64,000 nucleotides of DNA from contig JAPSGB010000011.1 of NCBI GenBank assembly GCA_035063585.1, positions 32,001 through 96,000 of the forward strand, in the 5' to 3' direction. Position 1 is the first letter of the stretch. Each line of letters begins with the position of its first letter. Origin of the DNA: Polyangiaceae bacterium (GTDB lineage Bacteria; Myxococcota_A; Polyangia; Polyangiales; Polyangiaceae). The translations under genes and the position numbers were made by a program. Shown piece after piece: positions 1 to 10,124 of the stretch. The notes beneath the pieces are model-generated. The model saw only the letters and a list, made by a program, of their open reading frames with translations, ran no database searches and had not been told where the DNA came from.

Positions 1-90
1 TCCATCATCGTCGAGCGAGGGAAGCGGAACGCCGACGGCTCGTGTTTGTGAGCCGCCTCGTTCGCCCCCCGCGCGAGCTCGCGGAGCTGC

Positions 91-1128
91 TCAGGGGCGC
101 GCGCGCTCGGGCACCATCACCGCGGCGAAATCGTAGTCGCCCGCGTCCGGGAGCTCGGCCGCGCCTTCCACCACCGGGCGAACGCTCGCGACGCGCGCGC
201 CATGGCGCCGAGCGAGGCGCGCCGGAACCGCTCGGCGGCGGCAGTGCTCGGCGCCCGCGATGATGACGAGCTGGCGTGCTGGCGCGCCCTCGGCGAGCCA
301 CTCGGCGGCGGTGTCGGCGATGGCCTCGTCGCGGAGCACCTGCGCGAGGTAGAGGTGCTCGCGCGAGCCCGGGTGCGGGTGCTCGCGCATCGCGTGCTCG
401 AAGGCGGCGTGGTGCTCGCGGTCCCGTAGGTCGAGCGCGGGGAGCTTCGCGCGCTCGGCGGGGTCGAGTGCGTCGAGGCCGCCCCGGGCGACGCGGCGCA
501 CGAGCGAGTGCTCGACGTCGAGCGCGAGGAGCGGCGCGTCCGCGCGGCGCGCGGCGTCGACGAGCGGCTGGGTGAGCGCAAAATCGTAGCCCCAGCTCTT
601 CTCCCAGCGGAGGCGCTCGCGGAGCTCGGCGTCGTCGATGGTGCCGTCGAGGTAGCGCTCGAGCTCGGGCTGGGCGGTCGACTGCACCATCTCGAGGCCG
701 AGCCCGAGCGCGCGCCCGCTCATCTTCGCGAGCTCGCGCAGGCGGCGAAAGAGCTCGAGCTCGGCCCAGTGCGCGTGGACGTCATCGTGATCCTCGCCGA
801 TGCAGATGGCGTCCGCCTCGGCGAGTCGAGCGGCGAGCCGATCGGGTTCGATGGCGAGCCCGGACTCGAGCACTACGCCGTGCAGGGGCAGCGCGGCGCG
901 GTATACGGCGTCGGGGGCCAGCCCCTCGGACGGCTGGCGACGCCGCTCGGCGTCGCGCGCGCGCCGCTCGGCGGCCTCGCGCTCGACATCGGCACGCGCC
1001 TGCTCGGGCCCGACCGCGCCGATCGGCGCGAGCGCGCGCGGGGCGCAGCCCGTGAGCGAGGCGCCCGCGGAGATCGCGCCGAGGGTGAGGGCGGCGAGGG
1101 GAGCCAGGGCGGGGCGCATCGGCGTCAT
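91..1128 (-). CDS. ChaN-family lipoprotein (haem-binding uptake, Tiki superfamily)
   Basis: Lipoprotein signal (..LTGC); ICIGEDHDD, LGLEM, W-GYDF, D-AIA and IIAGAEH motifs typical of ChaN. Confidence 0.8.
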   Translation of the reverse strand: MTPMRPALAPLAALTLGAISAGASLTGCAPRALAPIGAVGPEQARADVEREAAERRARDAERRRQPSEGLAPDAVYRAALPLHGVVLESGLAIEPDRLAARLAEADAICIGEDHDDVHAHWAELELFRRLRELAKMSGRALGLGLEMVQSTAQPELERYLDGTIDDAELRERLRWEKSWGYDFALTQPLVDAARRADAPLLALDVEHSLVRRVARGGLDALDPAERAKLPALDLRDREHHAAFEHAMREHPHPGSREHLYLAQVLRDEAIADTAAEWLAEGAPARQLVIIAGAEHCRRRAVPARLARRHGARVASVRPVVEGAAELPDAGDYDFAAVMVPERARP

Positions 1129-1153
1129 GGAATCGCCCGAGGCGGCGCTCCGG

Positions 1154-3724
1154 TCAATAGCCGCGAGCCAGGAGCTCCGCCGGCAAGAGCGAGCTCGGCG
1201 CGCCAGTCACCATGACCCAGAGCTGGTGCGCTGCGCGCGTGGCGGCGATGTGGAGCAGGTGGCGTGCCTCGTCGGTCGCCGGGTAGGTCGGCGCGCCCGC
1301 CTCGACGAGGACGACGTAGTCGAACTCGAGGCCCTTCACCTGGCGCACGTCGGTGACGTCGATGCCGGGCTTGAATGGGAAATCCTGGTCGGCGATGCGG
1401 CGCGCGTAGGGGACCTCCGCCTTGGCGAGCGCGTCGAAGTAGGCGTCCGCCTGCTCGGGGTAGCGCGCGATGACCGCCACCGACGCGCGCGGCTCGGCGG
1501 CGTAGAGCTCGCGGAGCGCCTCGGCGAGGAAGCCGCCCGCGTCGCCCGAGTGGGCGAAGGTGAAGAGCTCGACCGGCGCGCCGCTGCGGGTCGCGCGGCC
1601 TTCCTCCTGGCACGCGAGCGGGCCGAGCACGGCCTTCGAGAAATCGATGATCTCCTGCGTCGAGCGGTAGCTGATGCGGAGCGGCTCGACCTCGACGTGC
1701 GCGAGCCCGAGCTCGCCGAGCACGCCCGACCACGAGGTGAAGCCGTTATCCATGTGCAGGCGCTGCGAGACGTCCCCGGCGAGCGTGAGGCTCGAGCCGC
1801 GGCTCACCGTGCCCAGCACGACCGCGAGCTCGACCGGGCTGATGTCCTGGGCTTCGTCGATGAGGACGTGCTCGTAGACGAGCGGCTCCTTATTCTTCGC
1901 GCCGCTCCGGAGCGCGCCGCGGAGCTTCTGCGTGAGGCGGAGCAGGATGGCGTCGTCCTCGCGATCGAGCGCGGCGCTCGCCTCGAGCGCCTCGCCGTCG
2001 GCGCCGCGGGTGGGCTCGTCGGTGCCGTCGGGCCCCCGCGCGCCGCCGTCGTGACCGCGGCGGCGCTCCTCATCGAGCCGCTCGTCGAAGTCGCGATCGC
2101 GGTCGTCGCTGCGCTCGAGCGCGGCCTCCGCGCGCCGCTCGGCGCGCGCCTCGCGCTCGTCGGCGCGCCGCTCGAGCAGCGCGCCGAGGTCCGCCGAGCG
2201 CGCGGCGGACCAGGCGTGCGCGCGGTCGAGCTCGCCCTCGGTGAAGTCCCCGGGCGCGTGCAGGGCGAAGGCGCGTCCGAGCGCGGCGCGATCGGTCATG
2301 AGCTCGAAGAAGTGCGCGGTCACGTCGCGCGCCCCCGCGAGCCGCTCGGCGACCAGCCGCTCGAGCGCGACGCGCTCGTCGGTGGGGAGCGCGCGCCCGG
2401 CGGGCTCGCCGAGCCAGCGCTCGAGCCCGTGCAGGCGGTGCGCGAACGGACGCCCGCCGCTCTTCTGCCACTCGCGCAGGGCGGCGGGCGCCCGCGCGAG
2501 CTCGCGCGCGACCTCGACCTCGAGCGCCGCGACGTAGGCGTCCACCGCGCGGAGCATCGCCGCGTGCTTCTTCACGCGCGTGACCACGCCGGGCGTCTCG
2601 TCGGTCGAGTGTCGCGGGAGCCTCGGGAAGTGCGCGACGCGCAGCTTGCGCGCGAAGTCGGTGAAGGTGCGGATCGCCACGCCGTCGATGCCGAGCGCCG
2701 GCAAGACCTGCGAGATGTACCGCGCGAGCGCCTCGTTGAAGACGATGACGAGGAGTTTGTCGGGGCGGAAGCGCCGGCGATCCTGGAAGGCGAGGTACGC
2801 CATGCGGTGGAGCCCGATGGTCGTCTTGCCGCTGCCCGCGCCGCCCTGGATGACGACCAGCCCCGAGTCCGGCCGCGTGATGAGCTCGAACTGACGGCGA
2901 TCGATGAGCGCGGTGATCTCGGCGAGGTGGGTGTCCTCGCGGCCGACGTCGCCGCCGACGCCGAGCTTGCCCGGCCGGCGCGGCTCCGGTCGAGCGGCGG
3001 TGCCCTGGCCCCCCGCGAGCCGCAGCGCGTCCGCGCTCACCGTGCGCCAGCCCGAGGCGGAGCGCACGTAGGTGCCCTGCGGCGCGATGATCCGCTTGAG
3101 CTCGCCGCCCACGATGGTCACGCTCCGGCGCGTGAGCACGGTGCCCGTGAGCTCGCGCTCGCCGAACACCTCCTCGTACTCCTCGCCCTCCTCGCAGCGG
3201 TAGTAGATCCGGCTCACCGGCGCGTCGCGCCAGTCGACGATGCGGACCGCGCTCTTCGTGTCGAGGTAGGTGCTGCGCCCGATGAGCACCTCGCGGCGAC
3301 GCCCGTTCTCTTCCAGCACCAAGTGGCCGAAGTAGGGCGAGCGCGCGTCGGCGACCCCCTCGACGACCTCACGCCGGCGCGCCGCGGTTTGCATGAGCCG
3401 CTCCATCTGCTCGACCAGCGGGGGCACGTCCTCGAGGCGCGCCGCGGCGATCTGGTCGCGGAGCGAGATGAGCTCCGCGTCGTAGTCGAAGCTCTGCCGC
3501 TCGCGCGGGCGGGCGGCGCGCTCGCGGAGGTGGTCGAGCACGCGCGCGAGGCAGCGCTCCTCTTCGGCGACGATGCGGTCGCGCTCGGGGTCGTCGCTCG
3601 CGGGGGGGCACGCGAGTTCGGTGCGAGGTTCGGTCAAGAGGCTCGGGGCTCCGTCGAGAGGCGCCCGAGCCGGCGCGGCCGGGCGACGGAGGCCCCTACC
3701 ATTTGCCCGCCCGAGCCGCACCAC
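1154..3724 (-). CDS. helD: HelD-like superfamily 1 helicase/ATPase (RNA polymerase recycling motor family); start uncertain
   Basis: SPYFGHL and IVDWRDAPVS N-terminal motifs, Walker A QGGAGSGKTTIGLHRMAYL, IDEAQD, GDVSQ, SYRST, VKGLEFD, TRA. Confidence 0.75.
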   Translation of the reverse strand: MVRLGRANGRGLRRPAAPARAPLDGAPSLLTEPRTELACPPASDDPERDRIVAEEERCLARVLDHLRERAARPRERQSFDYDAELISLRDQIAAARLEDVPPLVEQMERLMQTAARRREVVEGVADARSPYFGHLVLEENGRRREVLIGRSTYLDTKSAVRIVDWRDAPVSRIYYRCEEGEEYEEVFGERELTGTVLTRRSVTIVGGELKRIIAPQGTYVRSASGWRTVSADALRLAGGQGTAARPEPRRPGKLGVGGDVGREDTHLAEITALIDRRQFELITRPDSGLVVIQGGAGSGKTTIGLHRMAYLAFQDRRRFRPDKLLVIVFNEALARYISQVLPALGIDGVAIRTFTDFARKLRVAHFPRLPRHSTDETPGVVTRVKKHAAMLRAVDAYVAALEVEVARELARAPAALREWQKSGGRPFAHRLHGLERWLGEPAGRALPTDERVALERLVAERLAGARDVTAHFFELMTDRAALGRAFALHAPGDFTEGELDRAHAWSAARSADLGALLERRADEREARAERRAEAALERSDDRDRDFDERLDEERRRGHDGGARGPDGTDEPTRGADGEALEASAALDREDDAILLRLTQKLRGALRSGAKNKEPLVYEHVLIDEAQDISPVELAVVLGTVSRGSSLTLAGDVSQRLHMDNGFTSWSGVLGELGLAHVEVEPLRISYRSTQEIIDFSKAVLGPLACQEEGRATRSGAPVELFTFAHSGDAGGFLAEALRELYAAEPRASVAVIARYPEQADAYFDALAKAEVPYARRIADQDFPFKPGIDVTDVRQVKGLEFDYVVLVEAGAPTYPATDEARHLLHIAATRAAHQLWVMVTGAPSSLLPAELLARGY

Positions 3725-3918
3725 CGACGCGCCGCCGCGACGGGTCGCCGGCCGCGCCGCAACGACGACACGATCAGGGCCGCGAGCGCGCGGTCACCCT
3801 CGCGTCGCTTCCCGGGATGGTCTGCCCGGCGCGGCCGGCGGCGCGTGGAGGAGCGCGGTGGTAGGCTCGCGGCGTCGCCGCCCGCGGCGGTTCGCGCGCG
3901 GCGAGGAGGCACGCGGCG

Positions 3919-4914
3919 ATGACCGAGACGATGCGCGCGATGGTGCTCGAGGAGCCGGGGCGCGAGCTCGTGCTCCGCGAGCTCGCGCGCCCCGAGCCCG
4001 GGCCCGGCGAGCTCGTGGTGCGGGTCGAGGCGTGCGGGGTGTGCCGCACCGATCTGCACGTCCGCGACGGCGAGCTGCCGCGCGCGAAGCGGCCGCTGGT
4101 GCCAGGGCATCAAATCGTCGGCCGGGTGACCGCGCTCGGCGATGGCGTCCGCGAGCACGCGCTCGGCGACCGGGTCGGGATCGCGTGGCTCGGCGGCGCG
4201 TGCGGCGCGTGCCGGTTCTGCGCGAGCGGCCGCGAGAACCTCTGCGACGAGGCGCGCTTCACCGGCTACCAGCTCGACGGCGGCTACGCGGAGTACGCGC
4301 GCGCGCGGGCGCGCTTCGCGTTCCCGCTCGCCGGCGCCGGCGAGGCCGCCGAGCTCGCGCCGCTGCTCTGCGCGGGGCTCATCGGGTACCGCGCGCTCCG
4401 CATGTGCGGGAGCGCCACGCGGCTCGGGCTCTACGGCTTCGGCTCGGCCGCGCACCTCGTCGCGCAGCTCGCGCGCGCCGACGGCCGGCGCGTGTTCGCC
4501 GTCACGCGCCCCGGCGATCGAGCGACGTGGGAGTTCGCGCGGTCGCTCGGCGCCGAGTGGGCGGGCGGCACGGACGAGCCGCTCCCCGAGCCGCTCGACG
4601 CGGCGATCTTGTTCGCGCCGGCGGGCGAGCTCGTGCCGCTCGCGCTCCGCGCGGTCGACAAGGGCGGCGTGGTCGTGTGCGCCGGGATCCACATGAGCGA
4701 GGTGCCCGCCTTCCCCTACGAGCTGCTCTGGGGCGAGCGCGTGCTCCGCTCGGTCGCCAACCTGACGCGCGCCGACGGCTCGGAGCTCCTCGAGCGGGTG
4801 GCGCGCACCCCGCTCCGCGTCGAAGCGCGCCGCTACCCGCTCGAGGCCGCCAACCGCGCCCTCGCCGAGCTCCGCGCCGGCCGCTTCCGCGGATCGGCGG
4901 TGCTCACGATGTGA
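3919..4914 (+). CDS. Zinc-dependent alcohol dehydrogenase (MDR family)
   Basis: CGVCRTDLH, GHQIVG, CGACRFC..C structural Zn site, APLLCAG, GLYGFG; GAGGAGG RBS. Confidence 0.92.
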   Translation: MTETMRAMVLEEPGRELVLRELARPEPGPGELVVRVEACGVCRTDLHVRDGELPRAKRPLVPGHQIVGRVTALGDGVREHALGDRVGIAWLGGACGACRFCASGRENLCDEARFTGYQLDGGYAEYARARARFAFPLAGAGEAAELAPLLCAGLIGYRALRMCGSATRLGLYGFGSAAHLVAQLARADGRRVFAVTRPGDRATWEFARSLGAEWAGGTDEPLPEPLDAAILFAPAGELVPLALRAVDKGGVVVCAGIHMSEVPAFPYELLWGERVLRSVANLTRADGSELLERVARTPLRVEARRYPLEAANRALAELRAGRFRGSAVLTM

Positions 4915-4968
4915 GGGCGCGCGCGCTCACGGGCGGCTCGGGGCTCGCCGGCGAGCCGCGCGGCTCGG

Positions 4969-5304
4969 CTAACGGTAGGGCACGCAGGTCATGCGCCCGT
5001 ACCCAGCGTCCCACGCAAGCCCGTCGTCGGTCTCGCTCACGTCGTAGCACCCGTGCGTGAAGCAGAGCTGCCCGGTCGCGCAGTCGATGGTGCCCGCGTT
5101 CGGCTCCAGGGTGACGTCGCACGAAGCGCCGTGAGACGCGCCGACGTCGAGGAACATGCCCTCGAACCCCTCGACGCTGCAGGTGAGCCTGCGCGGCGTG
5201 CACGCCGCGCAGGCGGGTGGGTCGGGCGTCGCGGCGTCGTCCCCGCACCCCGCCGCGCCGAGCGCGAGCGCCATGAACGCGAACCTCAAGCTCGAACGAA
5301 CCAT
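4969..5304 (-). CDS. Small Cys-rich secreted lipoprotein
   Basis: GGGAGG RBS, signal peptide ending AAGC-GDD, 8 further Cys. Confidence 0.65.
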   Translation of the reverse strand: MVRSSLRFAFMALALGAAGCGDDAATPDPPACAACTPRRLTCSVEGFEGMFLDVGASHGASCDVTLEPNAGTIDCATGQLCFTHGCYDVSETDDGLAWDAGYGRMTCVPYR

Positions 5305-5335
5305 CTGAACCTCCCAGACTCGGCGGCGAACCCCC

Positions 5336-6241
5336 TCAGCGACGCGTCGCGGGCGCCGGTAGCCGCTCGCTCCAGAGCGCCTCGTCCGGTGAGGTCTGCA
5401 GGCGCGCAAAGTCACTCGCTTCCAGCTTCAGCAGGGTCCCTCCTCCGGCCGGATCATCGAGGGTCAAGAATGCGCGCGCCTCCCCGACGGAGCGTGTCGA
5501 GCCTCTCGCCGCATCAGGCAAGCGAACTACGAGCTCAGCCGGCATCGTACGGGTAGAGACCGCGATGGTCGCGTCGTTCGAGAGCCACGGCTCAGCGCCG
5601 TTCCAGCACTTCGCTCCTCGAAGCACGCATGTTCCGCCTCCGGCCCCATCTCCCAACACCCTCGCAGCTTCCCCGAGGGTCGCCAGATCGACCGGCTCGC
5701 TGAACTCCAAAGTCACCGGATCACCCGCCTTGGCATCGACCGGGACCGAGATCCCGACGACGTGCGGCGCGCTCCCCGTGAAGAAGTGAGTCGACCATGT
5801 TCCCGCCTTCGGCGGCGCGAGGGGATCTTGGACGGTCACGTCGCGGTCGACCGAGACGACGAGCCAATACCAGGTGTCGGCGCGAAGCTCCACCTCCGGG
5901 GTCAGCTCGATGACCGACTCCGCCGGCGTTCGGCCGTGACTCACCCGCGCGATCGCGCCGGTCACCGCGCCGTCCGACTCCACATACTGAGCGCGTTTCT
6001 GGAGGTCCCGGGCGAGCGCGTCCTCATCACCGACCAACGGGAGCGAGAACGCCACCATCCCCGTCGAGCTCGTCTCACCGTGCCGAGTGCGCACGCCGAG
6101 GCTCGCCGGGCCGGGCAAGCCCGAGTCTCCAACCCCGCTCTGATCCGCGCCAGTCGACGCCTTCCCTAGGGTATCCTGGTTCTCGCACGCGAGGATCGTT
6201 CCCGATATCAACCCAGCGACTACGATCAGCTTTGTTTCCAT
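5336..6241 (-). CDS. Lipoprotein with probable Ig-like (Big_5/SbsA-like) domains
   Basis: Signal METKLIVVAGLISGTILAC; LTPEVELRADTWYWL, FFTGSAPHVV and VTLEFSEPVD resemble Ig-like repeats. Confidence 0.6.
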   Translation of the reverse strand: METKLIVVAGLISGTILACENQDTLGKASTGADQSGVGDSGLPGPASLGVRTRHGETSSTGMVAFSLPLVGDEDALARDLQKRAQYVESDGAVTGAIARVSHGRTPAESVIELTPEVELRADTWYWLVVSVDRDVTVQDPLAPPKAGTWSTHFFTGSAPHVVGISVPVDAKAGDPVTLEFSEPVDLATLGEAARVLGDGAGGGTCVLRGAKCWNGAEPWLSNDATIAVSTRTMPAELVVRLPDAARGSTRSVGEARAFLTLDDPAGGGTLLKLEASDFARLQTSPDEALWSERLPAPATRR

Positions 6242-6252
6242 GGCCTTCCCTT

Positions 6253-7809
6253 TCATTGAAATGCAGTGCCCAAAGTCGACGCGTTTCGAGTATTTCGATA
6301 AAATACTCTGCCAGGCTGCGAGGACTGCGTATCTTGATTCGGCGGAGTCGCAACAAACTGACCCGGATAATGAGCTGGTGCCCGCGCCCAATTCGTTCCA
6401 CTCGCTGAGCAATCGTATCCAGGTAGCGGTCCGTTGGTGCTTGCACCCCACTCCTGGCAGTGATTAAGCCCGACACACCACTTGTCTGAATTCGAATTTG
6501 GGCCATTCATGACAGAGTGCCCGCAGAACCAGCTGCCCGGGCCATCCGGATTATATTCGTTAGCCAAGCCAAAGCGGCTGTGACCCAGCTCGTGCGCGAT
6601 CACCAGTGATGCCGAGTCGGGGGAGTTGTAGTTCGCGCACGAATGGTACGCGACTCGGACGACCGTTCCGCTCGTTTGACCCACCGTGCAATAGTCACCT
6701 GCGCAAGGTGTGGTCATACATATATCACAACTTGAATCGCTCGTGCAAAACTGACTGCAATAATCCGGAATGTTCTTGAATGTAATCTTAGTTGGCTGAT
6801 AGTTTCCGTGGCTCATATGTTCAAGCCGAAGAAGCGATTTCTTGAGAGTGTCAATGACCTTGTTCTGGTTCAGGGATATCGCCATATTCACGCCAGGCGT
6901 GCAAACTGTCAACGAGGGAGTCATTACTCCGACCTTGGCATTATCAGCACGGAGCACGAAGTGCCCAGCTCCTGAATAACTTCGTATTCCTAAGTAAATA
7001 GCTCGTGCAACAGGTGATGACGGAATAACAACTGACGCGCCTGCGCCGTCAAGCGTTCCGCTGAGATTCGCCGCTGTATCTCGCCAGGTGTAACTTGAGT
7101 TGTCTGGTAATGCTGTTGACGTACTTGCGTACAAATCGAAATCAGCCGAACTCGTGTTCGCTGCCGGTACGGTCACGCTCACCATCAAGCGAGTGTTGGG
7201 GAGTTGTAACGTATTGACATAAATTACATCTCCAGAATCAATAAGAATACCGTCAATTCGCTCGTTAATTGGGACGTACCCTCGATTAAACGTCGGCTGA
7301 CGCTCGACCAAACACGTGGCATTTATTTTGCTAATTCTTGGGATTCCCAGGTAATTAATGGATCCATCGCTATGCCATGTCACACGGTAACGTGGTGCCT
7401 GTGGCCCTGTGAGTATCGGTGCCGTTAAAACCCATCCTGTACCGAGGTTTCCCGTTAGGGTTAGATCACCACCTGAATATGCAAGTTTCAGAAAGTCCCA
7501 GTTTGTTTCGGTTCTGAAATCGACATAGCTTTGCTTTAGCCAGCGGACGTTTGAGTTGACCATGACGGTCCACGAATAGTCCTCACGCAACGCGTATCTG
7601 CCCGCGGCATTGACGTCATAGTTATAGTCCGTCGCCCCCAGATCAACTGGTATATCCGGGCCAGCACCCAGCGATGGGCAGGTCGCCTGTACGAACGCGG
7701 CGTGTGCCGATCCACTAACAGCGATTACCGCCGCAGCAACCGCAGCGCTTAGACAGTGCGTGCCCCGTGCCCCGTGCCCCGTGCCCCGTGCCCCGTAGCC
7801 GTTGATCAT
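6253..7809 (-). CDS. Secreted zinc metalloprotease: CUB-like + PPC-like + CLCA-like HExxH domain; low GC
   Basis: GGAGG RBS, signal peptide ..SAHA, CUB motifs (FRTETNWDFL, WHSDGSINY), PPC motif (ADFDLY), HELGHSRFGLANEY followed by CGHSVM and WC..H. Confidence 0.75.
   Translation of the reverse strand: MINGYGARGTGHGARGTHCLSAAVAAAVIAVSGSAHAAFVQATCPSLGAGPDIPVDLGATDYNYDVNAAGRYALREDYSWTVMVNSNVRWLKQSYVDFRTETNWDFLKLAYSGGDLTLTGNLGTGWVLTAPILTGPQAPRYRVTWHSDGSINYLGIPRISKINATCLVERQPTFNRGYVPINERIDGILIDSGDVIYVNTLQLPNTRLMVSVTVPAANTSSADFDLYASTSTALPDNSSYTWRDTAANLSGTLDGAGASVVIPSSPVARAIYLGIRSYSGAGHFVLRADNAKVGVMTPSLTVCTPGVNMAISLNQNKVIDTLKKSLLRLEHMSHGNYQPTKITFKNIPDYCSQFCTSDSSCDICMTTPCAGDYCTVGQTSGTVVRVAYHSCANYNSPDSASLVIAHELGHSRFGLANEYNPDGPGSWFCGHSVMNGPNSNSDKWCVGLNHCQEWGASTNGPLPGYDCSASGTNWARAPAHYPGQFVATPPNQDTQSSQPGRVFYRNTRNASTLGTAFQ
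7760..7794. repeat. Perfect heptamer tandem repeat (GTGCCCC)x5 within the 5' end of the metalloprotease CDS
   Basis: Read directly: gtgcccc x5 at 7760-7794, 12 nt downstream of the ATG on the minus strand. Confidence 0.97.
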
Positions 7810-8188
7810 GAACCCCTCCGCTCAGTCAGCATATAGCATAGCGGCGGAACGCTTCAACACAATTGCGATGGGAGCTTCGAGAAGTCCTTGAAGGGAGAAC
7901 GGATGGCGCCTGACGCGGCTGGTCGCGCGCGGTATCATGGGGGCTTCGCCGGAGCACGAGGCGAGCGGCGCGGCCCGCCGGCGGCCGGGGCGTCGTCGGT
8001 GATGAGGGGCTCGACGTGCACGGCGGCGGGCGGCCTCGACGCCACCCGGGCGTCGCACGGGACGCGCTCGGGGGATGCGCGCCGTAGGCCTCGCCCCGCG
8101 CGCCCTGGCCGAGGAGCCGCACGCCGCGCGCCGTGGTCGCGCGCCGTCATGAATGGTACTCCTGAGACGACAGCGAGGCGATGGGGCG

Positions 8189-8899
8189 ATGTCGGCGAGG
8201 GAGCTCGTGAGATTGACGACCGGGCGGTCACGGGTGGCGGCGCTCGGCGCGGCGGCTGGGCTGACGAGCGCGCTCCTCGGGTGCGCGCGCCCCGCTACGG
8301 GGCCGTCGCCGAGCGCGAGCCGCTCCGAGGTGAGCGGCGCCGAGGCCAGCGCTCCGAGGCTCGGCCCGAGCATACCGGCGTCGCGCGCGTCCGGTGCGCC
8401 CGCTCAGGGCGCCTCCGCCGACTCGCCCGCACGCCCGGGTGAGCGACGCGCCCCGCTCGGGACGTGCGGACTCGTCGCGCACCTCGAGCGCGCGCCCGAC
8501 GGCCGCTTCAGCCTGGTGCTCCAGAACCGGGGGGCGAGCGAGCTCAGGCTCGTCGTCCCCGGTGACGGCAGCGAGGCGGGCTGGAGGACGCCGGCGCTCG
8601 CCTGGACGGCCACCTCCGGCGGTCGGCCGGTGTCGGTCGAGCCAGCGCGCTGCGGGCTCATGAATCCCATCGACGAGCAGGAGATCTTCTCGCTCTCACC
8701 GGGAGCGGAGCGGCGGCTCACCGAGTGGGTCACGGCGCCGCAACTCCCTGGCGGAGACTACGAGCTGCGCCTCAGGTACCGTAACGACCCGGGGCTCATC
8801 GACAGCCGCGTCACGGCGACGGCCGAGGTGAGACGCAAGCTCGCGGAGAGCTCGGCGTGCGAGGTGGCGACGCCGCCCCTGCGCGTGACGCTCCCGTGA
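8189..8899 (+). CDS. Hypothetical lipoprotein
   Basis: Signal ending LLGC, Pro/Ser/Ala linker, beta-rich C-terminal domain. Confidence 0.6.
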   Translation: MSARELVRLTTGRSRVAALGAAAGLTSALLGCARPATGPSPSASRSEVSGAEASAPRLGPSIPASRASGAPAQGASADSPARPGERRAPLGTCGLVAHLERAPDGRFSLVLQNRGASELRLVVPGDGSEAGWRTPALAWTATSGGRPVSVEPARCGLMNPIDEQEIFSLSPGAERRLTEWVTAPQLPGGDYELRLRYRNDPGLIDSRVTATAEVRRKLAESSACEVATPPLRVTLP

Positions 8900-9058
8900 G
8901 GTGTTCGGCCTCCGAGCGATGAAGGCCGAGCGCTCGCGGAGCCGGTCGTGGCCCGTCCTCCTCGCGAGGGGGCCTCGCCGGTGCGCGCGCCGCGCCGCCG
9001 TCGCTCACCGGGCCCCCGGGTTGCGTCCGGGCCGCTCTCCTGAGATGCTGAGCGCTAC

Positions 9059-9481
9059 ATGGACCTTGACGGACTCGTGAAGAACCTCCTCGGCGAGCTG
9101 AACAAGATCTCGAAGAGCGAGGCGGTGGTCGGTCAGGTCCGCGACGCGGGCAAGGCCAAGGTCATGCCGCTCAGCAAGATCAGCATCGGCTTCGGCGCGG
9201 CCTCGCTCGGCGCGGGCGGCAAGGCGCGCGGCGGGGCCAAGGGCGACGCGGGCGCCGAGGGTGGGGGCGTCGGCGGCGCGGTGATCGTGGAGCCGAAGGC
9301 GTTCGTCGTGGTCGGCGAGGACGGCCAGCCGCACCTGCTCGCGCTCCGCAAGGGCAAGGGCGCGGTCGCGCGGCGGGGGCTCGAGATCATCCCGGGCTCC
9401 GGAGTCGCGCCGCTCTCCGGCGCCGCGCCCACGAAGCAGCTCGCCGCCGAGAGCGGCGAGCCGAAGCGGTCGGGCGGCTAG
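9059..9481 (+). CDS. YtfJ/GerW-family protein
   Basis: EAVVG..., VMPLSKISIGFGA, GGGVGGAVIVEPKAFVVV pattern. Confidence 0.75.
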   Translation: MDLDGLVKNLLGELNKISKSEAVVGQVRDAGKAKVMPLSKISIGFGAASLGAGGKARGGAKGDAGAEGGGVGGAVIVEPKAFVVVGEDGQPHLLALRKGKGAVARRGLEIIPGSGVAPLSGAAPTKQLAAESGEPKRSGG

Positions 9482-9506
9482 TCGAGCCGGTCGCGGCGGG
9501 AGCGCC

Positions 9507-10124
9507 TTGGACACCGCGCTCACGGTCGTCGCGCTCCTCTCCGTCGCGCTCGCCCTCATCGCGCTCGCGCTATTTCTGCCGGTTCGCTGGCGCCTCACGG
9601 TGCAAGGTCGCGGCGAGCCGGACGGCGCCTGGGTGCTCGCCGGCGGGACCTCGTTCGGGCCGCTCGCGCTGAGCGGCGTCGGCGCGCGCGGCGTGCCGGG
9701 CGTCGTGCAGCTCCACCTCTTCGGCCGCCGCGTGTGGCAGCGCGCGCTCGCGCGCCTGCGGAGCGGCTACGCGCGGGTCGCGCGCTTCATCGATCCGATC
9801 GATTTCTGCGTGTTCGTCGTCACCGAGCCGCGCCACGCGCGCATCGAGGCGCTCGACTGCGAGGTGGATTTTTCCTTCGAGGACATCATCACCACCGGCA
9901 AGCTGCTCGGCGCGCTCTACGCGCTCGGGGGCGCGCTGCCGCCGCCGGTCTCGATCCGGCCGAACGCCTCGTGGGAGTCGCTCGATCGCGGGAGCCTGGC
10001 GCTCTCGGCGACGGTGCGGGTGCGCCCCGGGCTTCTGGCGCTCGGGAGCCTGTGGTACCTTGTGAGCCACCTCGAGATCCGCGAGCGGCCGCGCGCCGCG
10101 AGGGGAGCCGCCGACCCGCCATGA
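9507..10124 (+). CDS. DUF2953/YtfI-like membrane-anchored protein
   Basis: N-terminal TM helix followed by PVR, D-TTGKLLGALYA motif, position between two ytfJ-like genes. Confidence 0.6.
   Translation: MDTALTVVALLSVALALIALALFLPVRWRLTVQGRGEPDGAWVLAGGTSFGPLALSGVGARGVPGVVQLHLFGRRVWQRALARLRSGYARVARFIDPIDFCVFVVTEPRHARIEALDCEVDFSFEDIITTGKLLGALYALGGALPPPVSIRPNASWESLDRGSLALSATVRVRPGLLALGSLWYLVSHLEIRERPRAARGAADPP

Noticed and set aside
7890..8150. Possible gene remnant at the right edge of the low-GC islet
   Set aside because: No recognisable motif, terminal repeat or target duplication could be supported
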